DNA of 64,000 nt, taken from NCBI RefSeq assembly GCF_009914755.1, contig NC_060926.1. One strand, given 5' to 3'. Position 1 is the first letter of the stretch, and the number at the start of each line of letters is the position of its first letter. This stretch comes from the human T2T-CHM13v2.0 reference genome, Homo sapiens. The notes below the pieces were generated by a model. The model had not been told where the DNA came from. It saw only the letters and a list, made by a program, of their open reading frames with translations, and searched no databases. The translations under genes were made by a program, and so were the position numbers. Below, piece by piece: positions 63,370-64,000 of the stretch.

Positions 63370-64000
63370 GCAAACAAGGACTTTCTCCTTCCAGTAATGG
63401 TGATCAGGTCATCAAACCAATCTTCTGGCTGAAGAAACTTGAAAAGTTGAACTAAGTTTAAAAAAAGAAAACTCTACTTCTAGAGATCAGGCAGTAAAGA
63501 AATGGGGCCAGAATTCACTAAGTTCCCAGAAGTGAGTCTGGTATACCAGGTTTCTTCTCCCCTACAGGCATCTGCTGATTTAAGTAGTGACTGTGAGGCT
63601 GGAAAGCTAAGCAAAACATCTGAAAGCCTCACTGGGTTAGCCAGACAAAAATGAGACCCTGAGCCTCCCCCAAACTCTGGGTTGGGATCTCAACCTCAGA
63701 GCAAAAGAATTACAATTAAAGCCCAGATTCAAATAATCTCAATCCTTAAAAGTGAATTAAGAAAAGCAGATTTATAGGGCCCCTATGTTTCTGTCAAAAT
63801 TAAATGTAAATTTTATGTCATGGAAGACTACCATTATTCTAGGCCTCAAATTATTTCTACAGTTTTTCACATCAAATGTCTCATACACAATAAAAATTAA
63901 CCAGAAATCCAAGAAAATAACGCAAATAAAATGCAAATGAAACATGGAACAAGACCCAAAGGTATCTAGATAATTAAGTTATCAGACACAGACTCTCGAA
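63370..64000 (+). mobile_element. Probable old L1M 5' region
   Basis: Resembles decayed L1M 5'UTR/ORF1 start, cf. 10200-10350. Confidence 0.45.

Overview
Primate (most likely human) genomic DNA, almost entirely intronic, from the 5' part of TLK1 (Tousled-like kinase 1) on the minus strand. Two coding exons are recognisable with canonical splice sites: 41007..40889 (119 nt, [21 protein letters not shown]...SVGAK) and 5947..5876 (72 nt, ASTNNESSNHSFGSLGSLSDKESE), separated by a ~35 kb intron. The rest is layered repeats: ~45 Alus, nested L1M fragments, MaLR LTRs (MLT1D, MST, THE1), L2/MIR, and DNA-transposon fossils (a long Charlie1-type hAT, a piggyBac Looper-type element, two MER1B). The supplied ORFs look like repeat-derived or chance frames. 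Best leads: a 69-nt stop-containing candidate cassette ('poison') exon at 4798..4730, a 54-codon alternative reading frame overlapping both TLK1 exons, a 176-bp locally templated inverted duplication, and a ~69-nt hairpin. I found no evidence for a wholly new gene system. Repeat subfamily names come from recalled consensus sequences and repeat boundaries are approximate.
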